From Clostridia bacterium (lineage in GTDB: Bacteria > Bacillota > Clostridia > Oscillospirales > CAG-272), in assembly GCA_017623255.1 (NCBI GenBank), contig JAGAPL010000012.1:1-51173 (forward strand): 51,173 nucleotides of DNA, in the 5' to 3' direction. Made by a program: the position numbers and the translations under genes. The notes below the pieces were generated by a model. It was not told the origin of the DNA and ran no database searches. It worked only from the letters and a program-made list of their open reading frames with translations. Positions 1 to 9,695 of the stretch are shown piece after piece (within the stretch, counting starts at the first letter, position 1; each line of letters opens with the position of its first letter).

Positions 1-2750
1 AACACCTGAGCTTTAAGGCCAAGGTACAGCTTCAGCGACTTCTGTAATGATGCAGGAAGAGGAATATACACATCATCTATAATTACATACGTTAATGTGT
101 AGTTACCACTGGTTGTAAATATTGTGTTTGCCACCCATCCGCTGTTGGTCTGAACATAATCAACTGTGATATTCTGTCCCTGATCGTGAGCAAATACCGC
201 CTGTACCTTAGAAGGATTATTACCCGCGCTTATATTAAGGGAAAGAGTTGTTGTAAGCTGATAAAAATTCTCGGCCGTCATCAAAGTTTTACTGTTCTTG
301 CCTTCCCAGCCTTCACAAATAATATTATTTATTGTGATACCGGGGATCTCTACTGTTATTATCTGGTCTTCTTTAAGAGCATAGTCAACGCCGTCGATTC
401 TGATGCTTCTAAGCTTAAAGCTACCTGAACCGTCGAAGGTTACAGTTGCTTCCCATCCGTTATCGGTTTTTACAAAATCAAATTCAGGCTGGTTTGCACC
501 CTGTGTTTCTGAAATATATGAAACGAACTGACCCTTGATGCTGCTTGCCTCCATACCTGTGAGAGCAAGATTCAGCTTCACCTGAGGCTTATTATCGGGA
601 TCAAAGCTATCAAACTCTGTTTTATCAGCTGTGATCATAATATTATAGAAATCGTCCATAAGATCGCGATCATCCATAGAATCAAGATCATCGCTTGTGC
701 CAAACTGGATATTCAGCTGACCCTTGATGGAGCCTGATGCAAGAACGTTGCTGTTTTCAAGACGAGCGCCGTCAAGATACACGATAGCTGTGATTCTTGT
801 AGCCTCATTCTGAACCATTTTTGTAATATAGTAGGCATTTTCTACTATGGGATTTCCCTCTTCGTCTGTGCCTGTCACAATAGACTTAGCGCGAAGCTGC
901 AGAGGAACAAGAACTCGACCCTCCTGCTCAAATGCCATTGATGTATCCATATCTGCCTGAGCAAGAAGATTGCCTTCTTCATCAACAAATGCAATTCTCA
1001 TCGCAGAAAGCATTTCAAGAGCCTGCGCCTGGTCCTCAGGAGTTTCGGGATAGAAAATATAGCAGCTACCTGAGCCCTGAGATGTGCTTGGGCCAAGAGC
1101 AGAAAGTTCATCGTCCTCTTCCCAGATTCTGTTCTCTCCGGAATATCCGATAACAACTGTTTCTGTTACGGGATTTCCTTCTTCATCTGTTACCGGATTG
1201 CCTTCTGAATCATAGATCTGCTCAACTTTAGTATTTACCTTACCTGCAAGGGCAAGAAGTGTATCTGCAGCATTAGTACGAAGCCAGAAGTCTACAACCA
1301 TTCCGTAGGTGTCTGCCGCAACAGCGTCTGTTGCTTTAAGACCGCCCTCCTCGGCTTTCTTTATTGCCTGATTCTTAACTTCGATAATGGGATAGTTTGT
1401 ATATTTTGTGTTTGAAACATCTTCAACCTTAGCTTTTGCACTTGTTCTGATTTCTTTAATATTAACTGTAACAGTAATAATATAGTTTACCTTTGCAGAA
1501 ACACCTGTAACTGAAATATTACCGCCATAGAACCAGTCCATGTTCCAAACAAGGCCCTTCTGAAGCTCACAAACAGGGTTGCTACCTGCAAGAGATGTGA
1601 TTTCGGAGGCACCTATTGCACTTGCCGCTGTACCGTCAATTGTTGCAGAGTTGATATCAGCCATAGGGTTGATATAATCACGCATCAATTCCCAACCGAT
1701 TGAGGTATTCTTTGTATAAGGCTCGTATACATTAGTATAAAATCTTGAATAAAGTCCGTCTGTATAGCCGTTTGCCTCAGTACCGTTAAAGGTTTTGTGG
1801 TCGGCAAGATAAGCATCAAGACCCTCCAGTTTAACACCTTCTGCCGTCAATGTTGTTTTTACTGCGCCACTGTGCAGATCTTCAATGGTGAAAGGTGTGA
1901 AAGACTGTTCATTCTGGTTGCAATATACAAAATGATAAACATTTGCTGCTGCAACAAGAGTTTCACCTGTAAGGTAAAGACAGTTTTTATAATCGTTGTA
2001 CATATCATACACAAGCTTTACATAAGAAGTACAGTCCTGGTCAGTATCCTTGATTCTGTACTGCAGGTATACACCCGCCATACCTGTGATACTGTTCATG
2101 TAGTCCTTATTATTCCAAAGAGTTTTAAAAGCGTTATCTGCTTCGGAATAAGCCTGCTTTAATGCTGTGTTAAGGCTGAGGAGTGCCGCGTCACCTTCAA
2201 TACTTGCATAAGTTACAGAGGAAATTGCTCGTACACCGTACTCTGTTTTACCACCTTCAGGGACGGTAAAAGCATATCCCTCACCTTTTTTCTCATAGTT
2301 TGTATATGCAAAGTCAGAAACAACGCCTGAAATTCGTCCGTCAGAATGATACTGAACAGAATAAAGAGGCTCTGTAAGCAGTGATCCTGAGTTGAGAACA
2401 GCGGGTCTGAGAGTGAGGTTTGACAAACCATAACTGTTATGAGAAAGGTTGATAAGGTTTCCCCATTTAAGGTTTGTTTGGGTGATATCTCCGCCGCCGT
2501 CGGTAGGAGATGTGGGATCGGGCTCAAGTCCGTCCTTATCAGAGAGTGCTATTTCCAGGTTACCATTTGTTGCAACTGTTGTTGCAAGTCCGCTTATCTG
2601 AGGACTTCTTGACAAGGTTACCCAAGCAAATGTTGCGGATGCCATCATTGATATGGACATCACGAACAACAGAGCCACAGCCATAACTCGTTCTTTCATA
2701 TATGGCAGCGCTTTCTGATACGCTTTTATCCTTTTTTGTGTTTCTGTCAT
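1..2750 (-). CDS. Large secreted SipW-signal (TasA/CalY-like) protein, >916 aa, truncated at the window edge; absent from the ORF track
   Basis: ATG at 2750 with RBS AGGAGG. Hand translation gives MTETQKRIKAYQKALPYMKERVMAVALLFVMSISMMASATFA|WVTLSRSPQISGLATTVATNGNLEIALS...WGNLINLS...VDFWLRTNAA...ITAIVYLDG. The same frame reads open at position 3 (segments were translated, not every codon). Clear paralogue of 15597..17855. Confidence 0.9.
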   Translation of the reverse strand, partial: MTETQKRIKAYQKALPYMKERVMAVALLFVMSISMMASATFAWVTLSRSPQISGLATTVATNGNLEIALSDKDGLEPDPTSPTDGGGDITQTNLKWGNLINLSHNSYGLSNLTLRPAVLNSGSLLTEPLYSVQYHSDGRISGVVSDFAYTNYEKKGEGYAFTVPEGGKTEYGVRAISSVTYASIEGDAALLSLNTALKQAYSEADNAFKTLWNNKDYMNSITGMAGVYLQYRIKDTDQDCTSYVKLVYDMYNDYKNCLYLTGETLVAAANVYHFVYCNQNEQSFTPFTIEDLHSGAVKTTLTAEGVKLEGLDAYLADHKTFNGTEANGYTDGLYSRFYTNVYEPYTKNTSIGWELMRDYINPMADINSATIDGTAASAIGASEITSLAGSNPVCELQKGLVWNMDWFYGGNISVTGVSAKVNYIITVTVNIKEIRTSAKAKVEDVSNTKYTNYPIIEVKNQAIKKAEEGGLKATDAVAADTYGMVVDFWLRTNAADTLLALAGKVNTKVEQIYDSEGNPVTDEEGNPVTETVVIGYSGENRIWEEDDELSALGPSTSQGSGSCYIFYPETPEDQAQALEMLSAMRIAFVDEEGNLLAQADMDTSMAFEQEGRVLVPLQLRAKSIVTGTDEEGNPIVENAYYITKMVQNEATRITAIVYLDGARLENSNVLASGSIKGQLNIQFGTSDDLDSMDDRDLMDDFYNIMITADKTEFDSFDPDNKPQVKLNLALTGMEASSIKGQFVSYISETQGANQPEFDFVKTDNGWEATVTFDGSGSFKLRSIRIDGVDYALKEDQIITVEIPGITINNIICEGWEGKNSKTLMTAENFYQLTTTLSLNISAGNNPSKVQAVFAHDQGQNITVDYVQTNSGWVANTIFTTSGNYTLTYVIIDDVYIPLPASLQKSLKLYLGLKAQV

Positions 2751-2795
2751 TTAAGTATGCCTCCTGTTTTGTCGGATTAAAGGAATAATACTTGA

Positions 2796-4778
2796 TTAAT
2801 AATGTATGAAAAATGGGATTTCAACTCGGCTAAGCTCTGCGCCGTTCTGTTCCCGAATTAAGATAATACGGTAGGTTCCGGCTTTCGCCTTTCCTGCCTC
2901 ATTGGAAATGCTCAGCACTCCGTTTTCCACCTTAACGGTCAGCCCAAAGTTATTATAATCTTCCACATAGGCTATCTGTCCGCTTGATGATGAAAGCTGC
3001 TGAACCTTTAAAATTGTGTTCTCATTTTCTCCTGTAAGCTGCAGGGAAACTGAACTTTTATGATGAATTATCATCTGAGAAACATCATATGTTGCAGAAA
3101 TCGGAACTAATGATGTGTTGCACTGAATTTCTTCCGAAGATAATTCGTATATTCCCTTATATGCCGTCGCTGTAAAGCTAAGCTTATCAGGAATTGTTTT
3201 CAAATTTATGTTTGAAAAATCTATATAAATATCAATGCTTGATCTGCCTTCAACGGAAATATTAATTCCTTCTTCCCTTTCACTCAAGACGTAGCTTTCG
3301 CTATCAACCTTATAGCGTACGCCTGAAGGGAAAGAACCGCCATTATAACTGATCATTAAAGACGTTGAGTTTGACGGAACATTGATCCTTAGAAGCATTA
3401 TCTCTTCAAAAGATATGGTAGACGGATATGCTCCGTTCTCAAACATTGTTATCTCTTCTTCTTGTTTATAATACGGCACCACAGCCTTTTGACCTTCTGC
3501 TACTTCAGAACCGTTACTGTACACTACTGCGCCTAATATTATTTCGCTGATTTCCTGATCTGCTGCAACGTCAGAAAAATCTAGCCAAATTCCAACTGTT
3601 TCTTCGCTTTGGGCATCAACTTTGATTGGCATTTCATCGCCCAAAGCTATATAATTTTTGCCGTCACTGCTGAATACGGTTCCTACAGGGAACGCACCGC
3701 CGTTATATGTCAGTTCTATCATATCTGAACCTTCAGGACAAGCTATCGGCACTTTGAAAGTGCTATTCCAGTTAAATGTTGACGGACATTCTGATAAATC
3801 AAGCTGAACAGTATCTACTGAATCAGTAGTATCATCCGGATTTTCAGATGAATTGCTCATTGGAATAATATTAACAATAAAATCTGCCCACATTGTAGGC
3901 TTACCGTCAGATGCTGAATCAGGAGTCCAGCTGACGCGAACCGTTGCCTTTGTTTTCTGCGTGATTTCCACAGCAGAACTTGAAAGGCTCATTCGAAAAA
4001 CCGAAATACATTTGTTTGTATCACTGACAGTTATTCTGACGGGTGCCGACGAATTATCAAGAGATACGCCAAGATAGTCAAGATCAGATTGACAAGTGAG
4101 TGTGCCTGAAATTTCGCCGTTATATGTTATAAATTCAATATCGTGAGTTCTATAGGTTGCGGTTTCTGATACGGTCCAATCGTTAAGCAAAACTGTATTT
4201 CCACCGCTGGCAAGCAAATTGCTGCTGAATCCCACCGTGGCATCATTCACCTCATTTTCCGCATTCAAAGGACAAATCTCTACGTAGAGATAAGCCCAAT
4301 GTGTTGCAACACCGTCTGCAGAATCTGTTGGGATCCATCCAACATAGACCATTACTTCTGTTATCTTATTCAAACTAAGTGCGCTATCAGTCAAAGTAAA
4401 TGTTAAACTGACACTGACACCGTTTTTATCTGCTGTTACATTGGTTTTATCAAGGCTTGCAGTTATAAGGCTTGAGTTAGTGCTACAAGTCAGATTTCCG
4501 GAAATATCTTTATTTGTGCTTGACAATGAAATAGATTCCGTTCTTGAAGAAACACTCTGACCTATTTCCCACTTTTCAAGAAGAACTGACTGTCCGCCAT
4601 TGGCAAGATAATTACTCTCAAGCTCAGTTTTTTGAGGAGAATATACAAAATTATAAGTCTTTACGCTATTGATCCTGCCTTGAGTTATTCCGATTCCAAG
4701 AACAATCAAAGTGAGCATTGCTACTGAAATCAGCACAGCTGCCAAAGGCAAATATTTAATTCTGTGCGCTTTCATCAA
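2796..4778 (-). CDS. Secreted beta-rich protein with a SipW-like signal (GITQG|RI) and two pairs of internal repeats
   Basis: 660-aa ORF with a hydrophobic N-terminus. Repeat pair A: SNYLANGGQSVLLEKW / SNLLASGGNTVLLNDW. Repeat pair B: TYNGGAFPVG / SYNGGSFPSG. Confidence 0.8.
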   Translation of the reverse strand: MMKAHRIKYLPLAAVLISVAMLTLIVLGIGITQGRINSVKTYNFVYSPQKTELESNYLANGGQSVLLEKWEIGQSVSSRTESISLSSTNKDISGNLTCSTNSSLITASLDKTNVTADKNGVSVSLTFTLTDSALSLNKITEVMVYVGWIPTDSADGVATHWAYLYVEICPLNAENEVNDATVGFSSNLLASGGNTVLLNDWTVSETATYRTHDIEFITYNGEISGTLTCQSDLDYLGVSLDNSSAPVRITVSDTNKCISVFRMSLSSSAVEITQKTKATVRVSWTPDSASDGKPTMWADFIVNIIPMSNSSENPDDTTDSVDTVQLDLSECPSTFNWNSTFKVPIACPEGSDMIELTYNGGAFPVGTVFSSDGKNYIALGDEMPIKVDAQSEETVGIWLDFSDVAADQEISEIILGAVVYSNGSEVAEGQKAVVPYYKQEEEITMFENGAYPSTISFEEIMLLRINVPSNSTSLMISYNGGSFPSGVRYKVDSESYVLSEREEGINISVEGRSSIDIYIDFSNINLKTIPDKLSFTATAYKGIYELSSEEIQCNTSLVPISATYDVSQMIIHHKSSVSLQLTGENENTILKVQQLSSSSGQIAYVEDYNNFGLTVKVENGVLSISNEAGKAKAGTYRIILIREQNGAELSRVEIPFFIHY

Positions 4779-4802
4779 CGCTCTCCTTTCTATTCTTCAT
4801 CT

Positions 4803-5417
4803 TTATTTCACTGCAACAAAATCACTCGTCACATAAATACTAAACATACTGGGATCAACCTCACCTGAGACATTTAATTTGAAGTTTCTATAGTTAAGCT
4901 TTCCGCCTTCAAGCAAAAAACTTATTTCTTCAACATTCATATCAAGGAAAGAATAAACCCAGCCATCACCATAAACATCGTACATAGCGCTGTTTTCAGA
5001 TATTCTCTCCGGATTTGCTGCCAACACAACACTATCTCCATCTTCATCTACGTAAGATAATGAAACAGACAAAGGACCGGAGCTCACACCGGATATTAAT
5101 TTCACAGTATACGTTTGATCTCTGCCTGAAAAAGATTCACTTGATGTAGCGTTTACAACGAAAAAATCAAGAGCTGCATTATCCGAATTCTGTGTCCAAC
5201 CTGAAGAAATAGTGGACCACTCTGAATTTATAGTTTCTTCGGTAAGCTTTCCGCCGTAAAAACCAAAAGTGTTTGCGGATACTGAGCTAACATTAAATGA
5301 TGCTGTTACAATTGAAGAATGATATCTGCCATAGGTCACCCCCACAGCAAGCGCTATGCAAGCTATGAGCAGCAACAACAATATTTTCAGTAGCAAGCTA
5401 TTTTTTCTACTGCTCAT
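4803..5417 (-). CDS. Small secreted protein with a SipW-type signal peptide (GVTYG|RY)
   Basis: 204 aa; basic n-region and long h-region ending TYGRY, resembling SipW-cognate TxARY ends. Confidence 0.8.
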   Translation of the reverse strand: MSSRKNSLLLKILLLLLIACIALAVGVTYGRYHSSIVTASFNVSSVSANTFGFYGGKLTEETINSEWSTISSGWTQNSDNAALDFFVVNATSSESFSGRDQTYTVKLISGVSSGPLSVSLSYVDEDGDSVVLAANPERISENSAMYDVYGDGWVYSFLDMNVEEISFLLEGGKLNYRNFKLNVSGEVDPSMFSIYVTSDFVAVK

Positions 5418-5431
5418 ACTTACATCCTTCC

Positions 5432-7486
5432 TTAATTAGCTTCGTTTTTCAAAGAAACCCTATATACTATTACAGTTTCTTCGCTACCCTCTACCTGCAT
5501 CTCTTCTTCAACGCAGATATAGTCTTCAGAAAGATACTCCGTAACATCTGAAGTGAAAACTCCGCCATCAATTGAAACCTTAACATAATCTGCTACGGGG
5601 AACACTCTCAGTGCCATTGCAGTTCTTGCGGTGTGACTGATTTCACAGTCTCCTGTAATAGTCATGCTTATAGGATATCCGTAGTTACTTTCAATGTAGA
5701 TACCATCACCTGTGTCAAGTGAGCCGCTAAGGCCAAGCTGTTCTTCGGTAGGCACAACAATAGGGCTGTCGTCTGTTGCTGTTCCTATAACCTTACTGTT
5801 GGAAATATAGAAGTCGCCGCCCTTTATAAGCATACCTGTCATACCCTTGAGAACACTTCCTTCGGCTGAGAAAATACTGTTCATCTGAGGATGGTATACG
5901 GCTGAGTAATATCCTTCAAGCGTACTATTTATCACCTGAATATTTGTGCCCCATTTTCCGTTTTCACCGGCAGTACCATTACCGATAATTGCACTATGGG
6001 TTTTACTTATAAGAGTACTGTCCTGAATAACAAGCTGAGACATTGCTGAAGAATTTGCGCCATCTCCATTAATTCTTACTGCGCTAAGTGATCCAACAAT
6101 ATTACTATCTGAGATAATAACCGTGGAATTTGCGCCATTTGACGCATTATCTTCAATTCTCACGCCTGTATTAAGATCTGTTATATTTACGTTGCTCAGC
6201 GTTACTTCACTGCCAACTGTTTTTACACCAATTGTTTTACTTCCTGCGGAGCCTGACAGATCACCGTTGAATATGGTGACGCTTGAGCCTTCTGCTACAT
6301 TGAAAATAGATTCAATATTTGTGTCTGTAACATTTATTTCGCAGCCGTTAAGGTCAAGCAATGCATCTACATATACAGCATCCTCTGTTTCTGTGGCTGC
6401 AGAACCAATAGCTATAGGCTCGGCCACAGTTAAACTACCTGAGAGGCGAACTATATCACCACTGTTTGAGTTAAGAGCCTCTGAAAGATCTGCTTCTGCA
6501 TCAAGAGTTACAACCTGCTGATTCAGCTGCTCTCCGGTTACAGAAATTCTGGCCTGATAGCTTTTCTTATCGCTTTCAGCAGTTGTTCCGTAAAGAGTAT
6601 CCCAAACGGTATTAGCTTCTATTTCGGCCTTTGTGCAGAGATATATCCAGATTTTATTATCCTTATCTATGGGATAGCAATTGGAAGCTTCAAGTGTTAC
6701 CGCTTCATCGCCATACATAAGAACTTCATCAACTACAGAATATACGCCTTCATACCCATCCTCTGCAGTTATCTGAGCCAGATATGAATACACATCTGTT
6801 TCTCCGTCAACTGTGAGAAGATTTCCATCTTCATCAAAGGTTGCATCGTCATATGAATACTCTACAGGACGAAGATATTCTTCAACTGTTATTGCAGGAA
6901 CTCCGTCAGTTACAGTTATATCACCAACAAAATAATATCCTACAACGTCATAAACCCATTCCCATTTCACAGGCACATCTGTGCTTATCTGCTCTGAAAG
7001 AATAAGTTCATTATGTCCATACAAAGTATAGGAATAGCCTTTAGAATTATTAAGATATATTTTATCAACAGCCTCTCCATTTACAACGGATGATTTATCG
7101 ACATAGAAATATATACGTTTTTGCATCTGAGCTTCTTCCATATACTGCTTGGAAATACTTACACCTATTGAACTGGCAAGATCACTCTTGTTCTTCACGC
7201 GCAATTCAACATAACCTGTATCACCGGGAGCAGCCTCTACTGCTTCTTCACTCACCGATACAGATCCGTCAAAGCCCCAAGCTTCAGCCTTGAAGGTAAG
7301 GCCGTTCACAGCAATAGTGTTTGTATACCACGCCGTTGTTACAGCAAACAAAAGAGTTACTGTCACTACAACAATAAATACTGCAAGACCTATCGACCTG
7401 GCATATATATTCTTTTTTGCAGCTCTAAGACGATCATCACTGCTCGCAGTTGTCTGACGTCTTTTCAGTTTCAACTTGTTCAGCAC
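5432..7486 (-). CDS. SipW-signal protein with a TasA-like N-terminal domain and C-terminal beta-helix-like repeats (putative adhesin subunit)
   Basis: 684 aa, GTG start. Signal ends AVTTA|WYTN; APGDTGYVELRVKN is TasA/camelysin-like. The C-terminal half has I-x-[DN]-S-x-[LI]-x-G repeats and LDLNG, typical of right-handed beta-helices. Confidence 0.8.
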   Translation of the reverse strand: MLNKLKLKRRQTTASSDDRLRAAKKNIYARSIGLAVFIVVVTVTLLFAVTTAWYTNTIAVNGLTFKAEAWGFDGSVSVSEEAVEAAPGDTGYVELRVKNKSDLASSIGVSISKQYMEEAQMQKRIYFYVDKSSVVNGEAVDKIYLNNSKGYSYTLYGHNELILSEQISTDVPVKWEWVYDVVGYYFVGDITVTDGVPAITVEEYLRPVEYSYDDATFDEDGNLLTVDGETDVYSYLAQITAEDGYEGVYSVVDEVLMYGDEAVTLEASNCYPIDKDNKIWIYLCTKAEIEANTVWDTLYGTTAESDKKSYQARISVTGEQLNQQVVTLDAEADLSEALNSNSGDIVRLSGSLTVAEPIAIGSAATETEDAVYVDALLDLNGCEINVTDTNIESIFNVAEGSSVTIFNGDLSGSAGSKTIGVKTVGSEVTLSNVNITDLNTGVRIEDNASNGANSTVIISDSNIVGSLSAVRINGDGANSSAMSQLVIQDSTLISKTHSAIIGNGTAGENGKWGTNIQVINSTLEGYYSAVYHPQMNSIFSAEGSVLKGMTGMLIKGGDFYISNSKVIGTATDDSPIVVPTEEQLGLSGSLDTGDGIYIESNYGYPISMTITGDCEISHTARTAMALRVFPVADYVKVSIDGGVFTSDVTEYLSEDYICVEEEMQVEGSEETVIVYRVSLKNEAN

Positions 7487-8312
7487 TTTGATTTAGCTCC
7501 TCTAATAACTCTCTGCGCAATCGTTCGTACATTTCTTCGTACGTTTCTTCTTTCTTTTCTTTCTCTGTTTCCTTTTGCTTTACTTTATTGGACATTTCAT
7601 CCAATTCTTTATGTATTGCATCCATTTCTTCTCTCAGTGTTCCTATGGTGTCACGCATGATCATAACGCCTATTATAATACAGGGGAGAACTATGAATGC
7701 CCAAAATCCGATTTTACTTGTCAAGAAACTTATGAGATCGGCAAAGAAATTATCTTCGCCCGTTGCATAAATTACTTTGCCTACAAGATTTTCTTCGTCA
7801 ACCAATTTGGCATCTGCATATTTATTAGCATCACCTTTTGTTTCAAGGAAAATACTTCCGTTGTTATCCTCATAAATCTTGACTACACGGTGAGTGATGA
7901 TCATACCCAACATGCCGTTATCTCTGGAACGGAAATTGACAACATCCTCAACCTTGATATCTTCAATATCTGTTTTTTGAGATATGAGCAACGTACCTAC
8001 GGGCATCTCAGGCTCCATACTTCCCGTTGCAACGCGGAACATACTGAAGCCGCCAATTGATATATATCCATTACTCAGCACCTGACTTATAACCCAAAGG
8101 CACAAAATAATGGACATTACAAGAGCGCATCCTACAAAAAATGATGCTTTTTTGCTCTTCTTGGGCTCATCTGACTTAGTTCCTTCGTTTTCTGTTATTA
8201 TTTCAGTTTCTTTATCTTCTACTGAGTTTTCTTCCCCAATATCATTCTCAGTTGAAACTGCTTCTTCACTTTGAACAATTATATCAGTTTCTTTATTCTC
8301 CATATCAATCAT
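7437..8312 (-). CDS. sipW: Signal peptidase I, SipW (ER/archaeal type)
   Basis: TM helix, VATGSMEP (catalytic Ser), IITHRV (His), TKGDAN..D, second TM, coiled-coil tail. Confidence 0.92.
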   Translation of the reverse strand: MIDMENKETDIIVQSEEAVSTENDIGEENSVEDKETEIITENEGTKSDEPKKSKKASFFVGCALVMSIILCLWVISQVLSNGYISIGGFSMFRVATGSMEPEMPVGTLLISQKTDIEDIKVEDVVNFRSRDNGMLGMIITHRVVKIYEDNNGSIFLETKGDANKYADAKLVDEENLVGKVIYATGEDNFFADLISFLTSKIGFWAFIVLPCIIIGVMIMRDTIGTLREEMDAIHKELDEMSNKVKQKETEKEKKEETYEEMYERLRRELLEELNQSAEQVETEKTSDNCEQ

Positions 8313-9666
8313 TATTTCCTGCCAGTTCCAAATTTACAATGAAACCGGAAATCTCTCCATAGTTGATACAATCCTCATCCTGTCCCTCAAGCCAAATAAA
8401 CATTCTTATTCTTTGAGGAACGTTTTTCTCCAATGTGGCTATAACCACGTCATCAGTTGCGCCGCTGACATTTTCCAGCGCGGGATTTTCTTCAAAAACA
8501 TATCCTTTCTCATTTGCTGCAGCATAAAGAGACTCTGTTCTTTTTATGAAATAGCCTCTGTCAACATAAGGATAAATAACGTTCTGGATGCTCATCTCAT
8601 AAAACTCTTCAGTGAGTCCTGAAGCTGTTTTTGAGCTAAGATCTTTGCCTGCTATAAAGGTTTGGAAAAGCTGCTCTATAAGAACTCCGTTCCCTCCCCC
8701 ACCTGCGCGCCAAGTGTTATTAAGCTGAACAGTGAGTCGGTCTGAGACATCAACTGTTTTCAGCGCGCCATCAACAACGCCTATGGGCTTTGTTATTTTG
8801 TAATATGCTTTATTATACTTTTCTGAAATATGATAATCAGCATTGGGTTCATATATTGTGAAATCGGAATTATCAGCGGAAAACACAGACACTGCGTTTT
8901 TTTCAAGATACTGACCTTTCAAAAATGTAAATCTTGAATCATACTCGTCGCTGACATTATAGTTAAGATTGTCCGTATAGGTACACCAATCATTACTAAC
9001 CAAAAAACCAACTCTAACGCTTGACGCTGTTGCTTCATTGATCATTTTGAAATCATAACCATACTGCGCAGCTTCATTTTCAACCGCCTCCATACGACTG
9101 ATAACAAAGCTTCCGTTTTCATCTTTATCACCCGTGGAAACGCGCAGCTTATAATCTTCTGCAGGTGATGCAACCCAAAAATCAATATAAGCGTAATTAC
9201 CTACCATGCTACCTGTCAGCTTATCAGCAGGAATATTTGCATATTCAAGAGTTGTATCAACTTCAAAATCTTCTATATCCTTAAGCTGACCTACAAGTAC
9301 TTCGCCGTTTTTGGCTTCTTCACTATCTTCATCATAATAGGTAGGTCTTATCCAATTGATACCGTCTGCTGTTGAAACAGGTGTAAGTCCGGCAAGGTTT
9401 TGAAGATAGTCATATGTTTCATAATCAGACAAATGAAGTGATTGTGAAAATGCTCCGGGATAGTGAGAAACTGTTCCGTTATCATTCTTTACAGATATAT
9501 CAGCTGCCACCATAATAGTGTTGCTGCCACCCACATTTATCTGAATTCCGTCAACCTCAGGTGCGCCGGACATTGTGAGCCAAGCATAAGAAAACATACC
9601 CACCAGAGTCGCAGAAACGGTCAGAGCCGCAATAGATATTATCAATTTTGCAACGATTTTTCTCAT
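8305..9666 (-). CDS. Secreted SipW-signal fibre-subunit paralogue
   Basis: 453 aa; MFSYA|WLTMSGAPEVDGI; C-terminal IWLEGQDEDC motif shared with 14375..15373 and 17958..19127. Confidence 0.85.
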   Translation of the reverse strand: MRKIVAKLIISIAALTVSATLVGMFSYAWLTMSGAPEVDGIQINVGGSNTIMVAADISVKNDNGTVSHYPGAFSQSLHLSDYETYDYLQNLAGLTPVSTADGINWIRPTYYDEDSEEAKNGEVLVGQLKDIEDFEVDTTLEYANIPADKLTGSMVGNYAYIDFWVASPAEDYKLRVSTGDKDENGSFVISRMEAVENEAAQYGYDFKMINEATASSVRVGFLVSNDWCTYTDNLNYNVSDEYDSRFTFLKGQYLEKNAVSVFSADNSDFTIYEPNADYHISEKYNKAYYKITKPIGVVDGALKTVDVSDRLTVQLNNTWRAGGGGNGVLIEQLFQTFIAGKDLSSKTASGLTEEFYEMSIQNVIYPYVDRGYFIKRTESLYAAANEKGYVFEENPALENVSGATDDVVIATLEKNVPQRIRMFIWLEGQDEDCINYGEISGFIVNLELAGNND

Positions 9667-9695
9667 TTGCTACTCTCTTTCCTCTCTGCTCAAGC

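Noticed and set aside
186-2527. Small ORFs listed in the track
   Set aside because: All overlap the real unlisted minus-strand CDS 1..2750.
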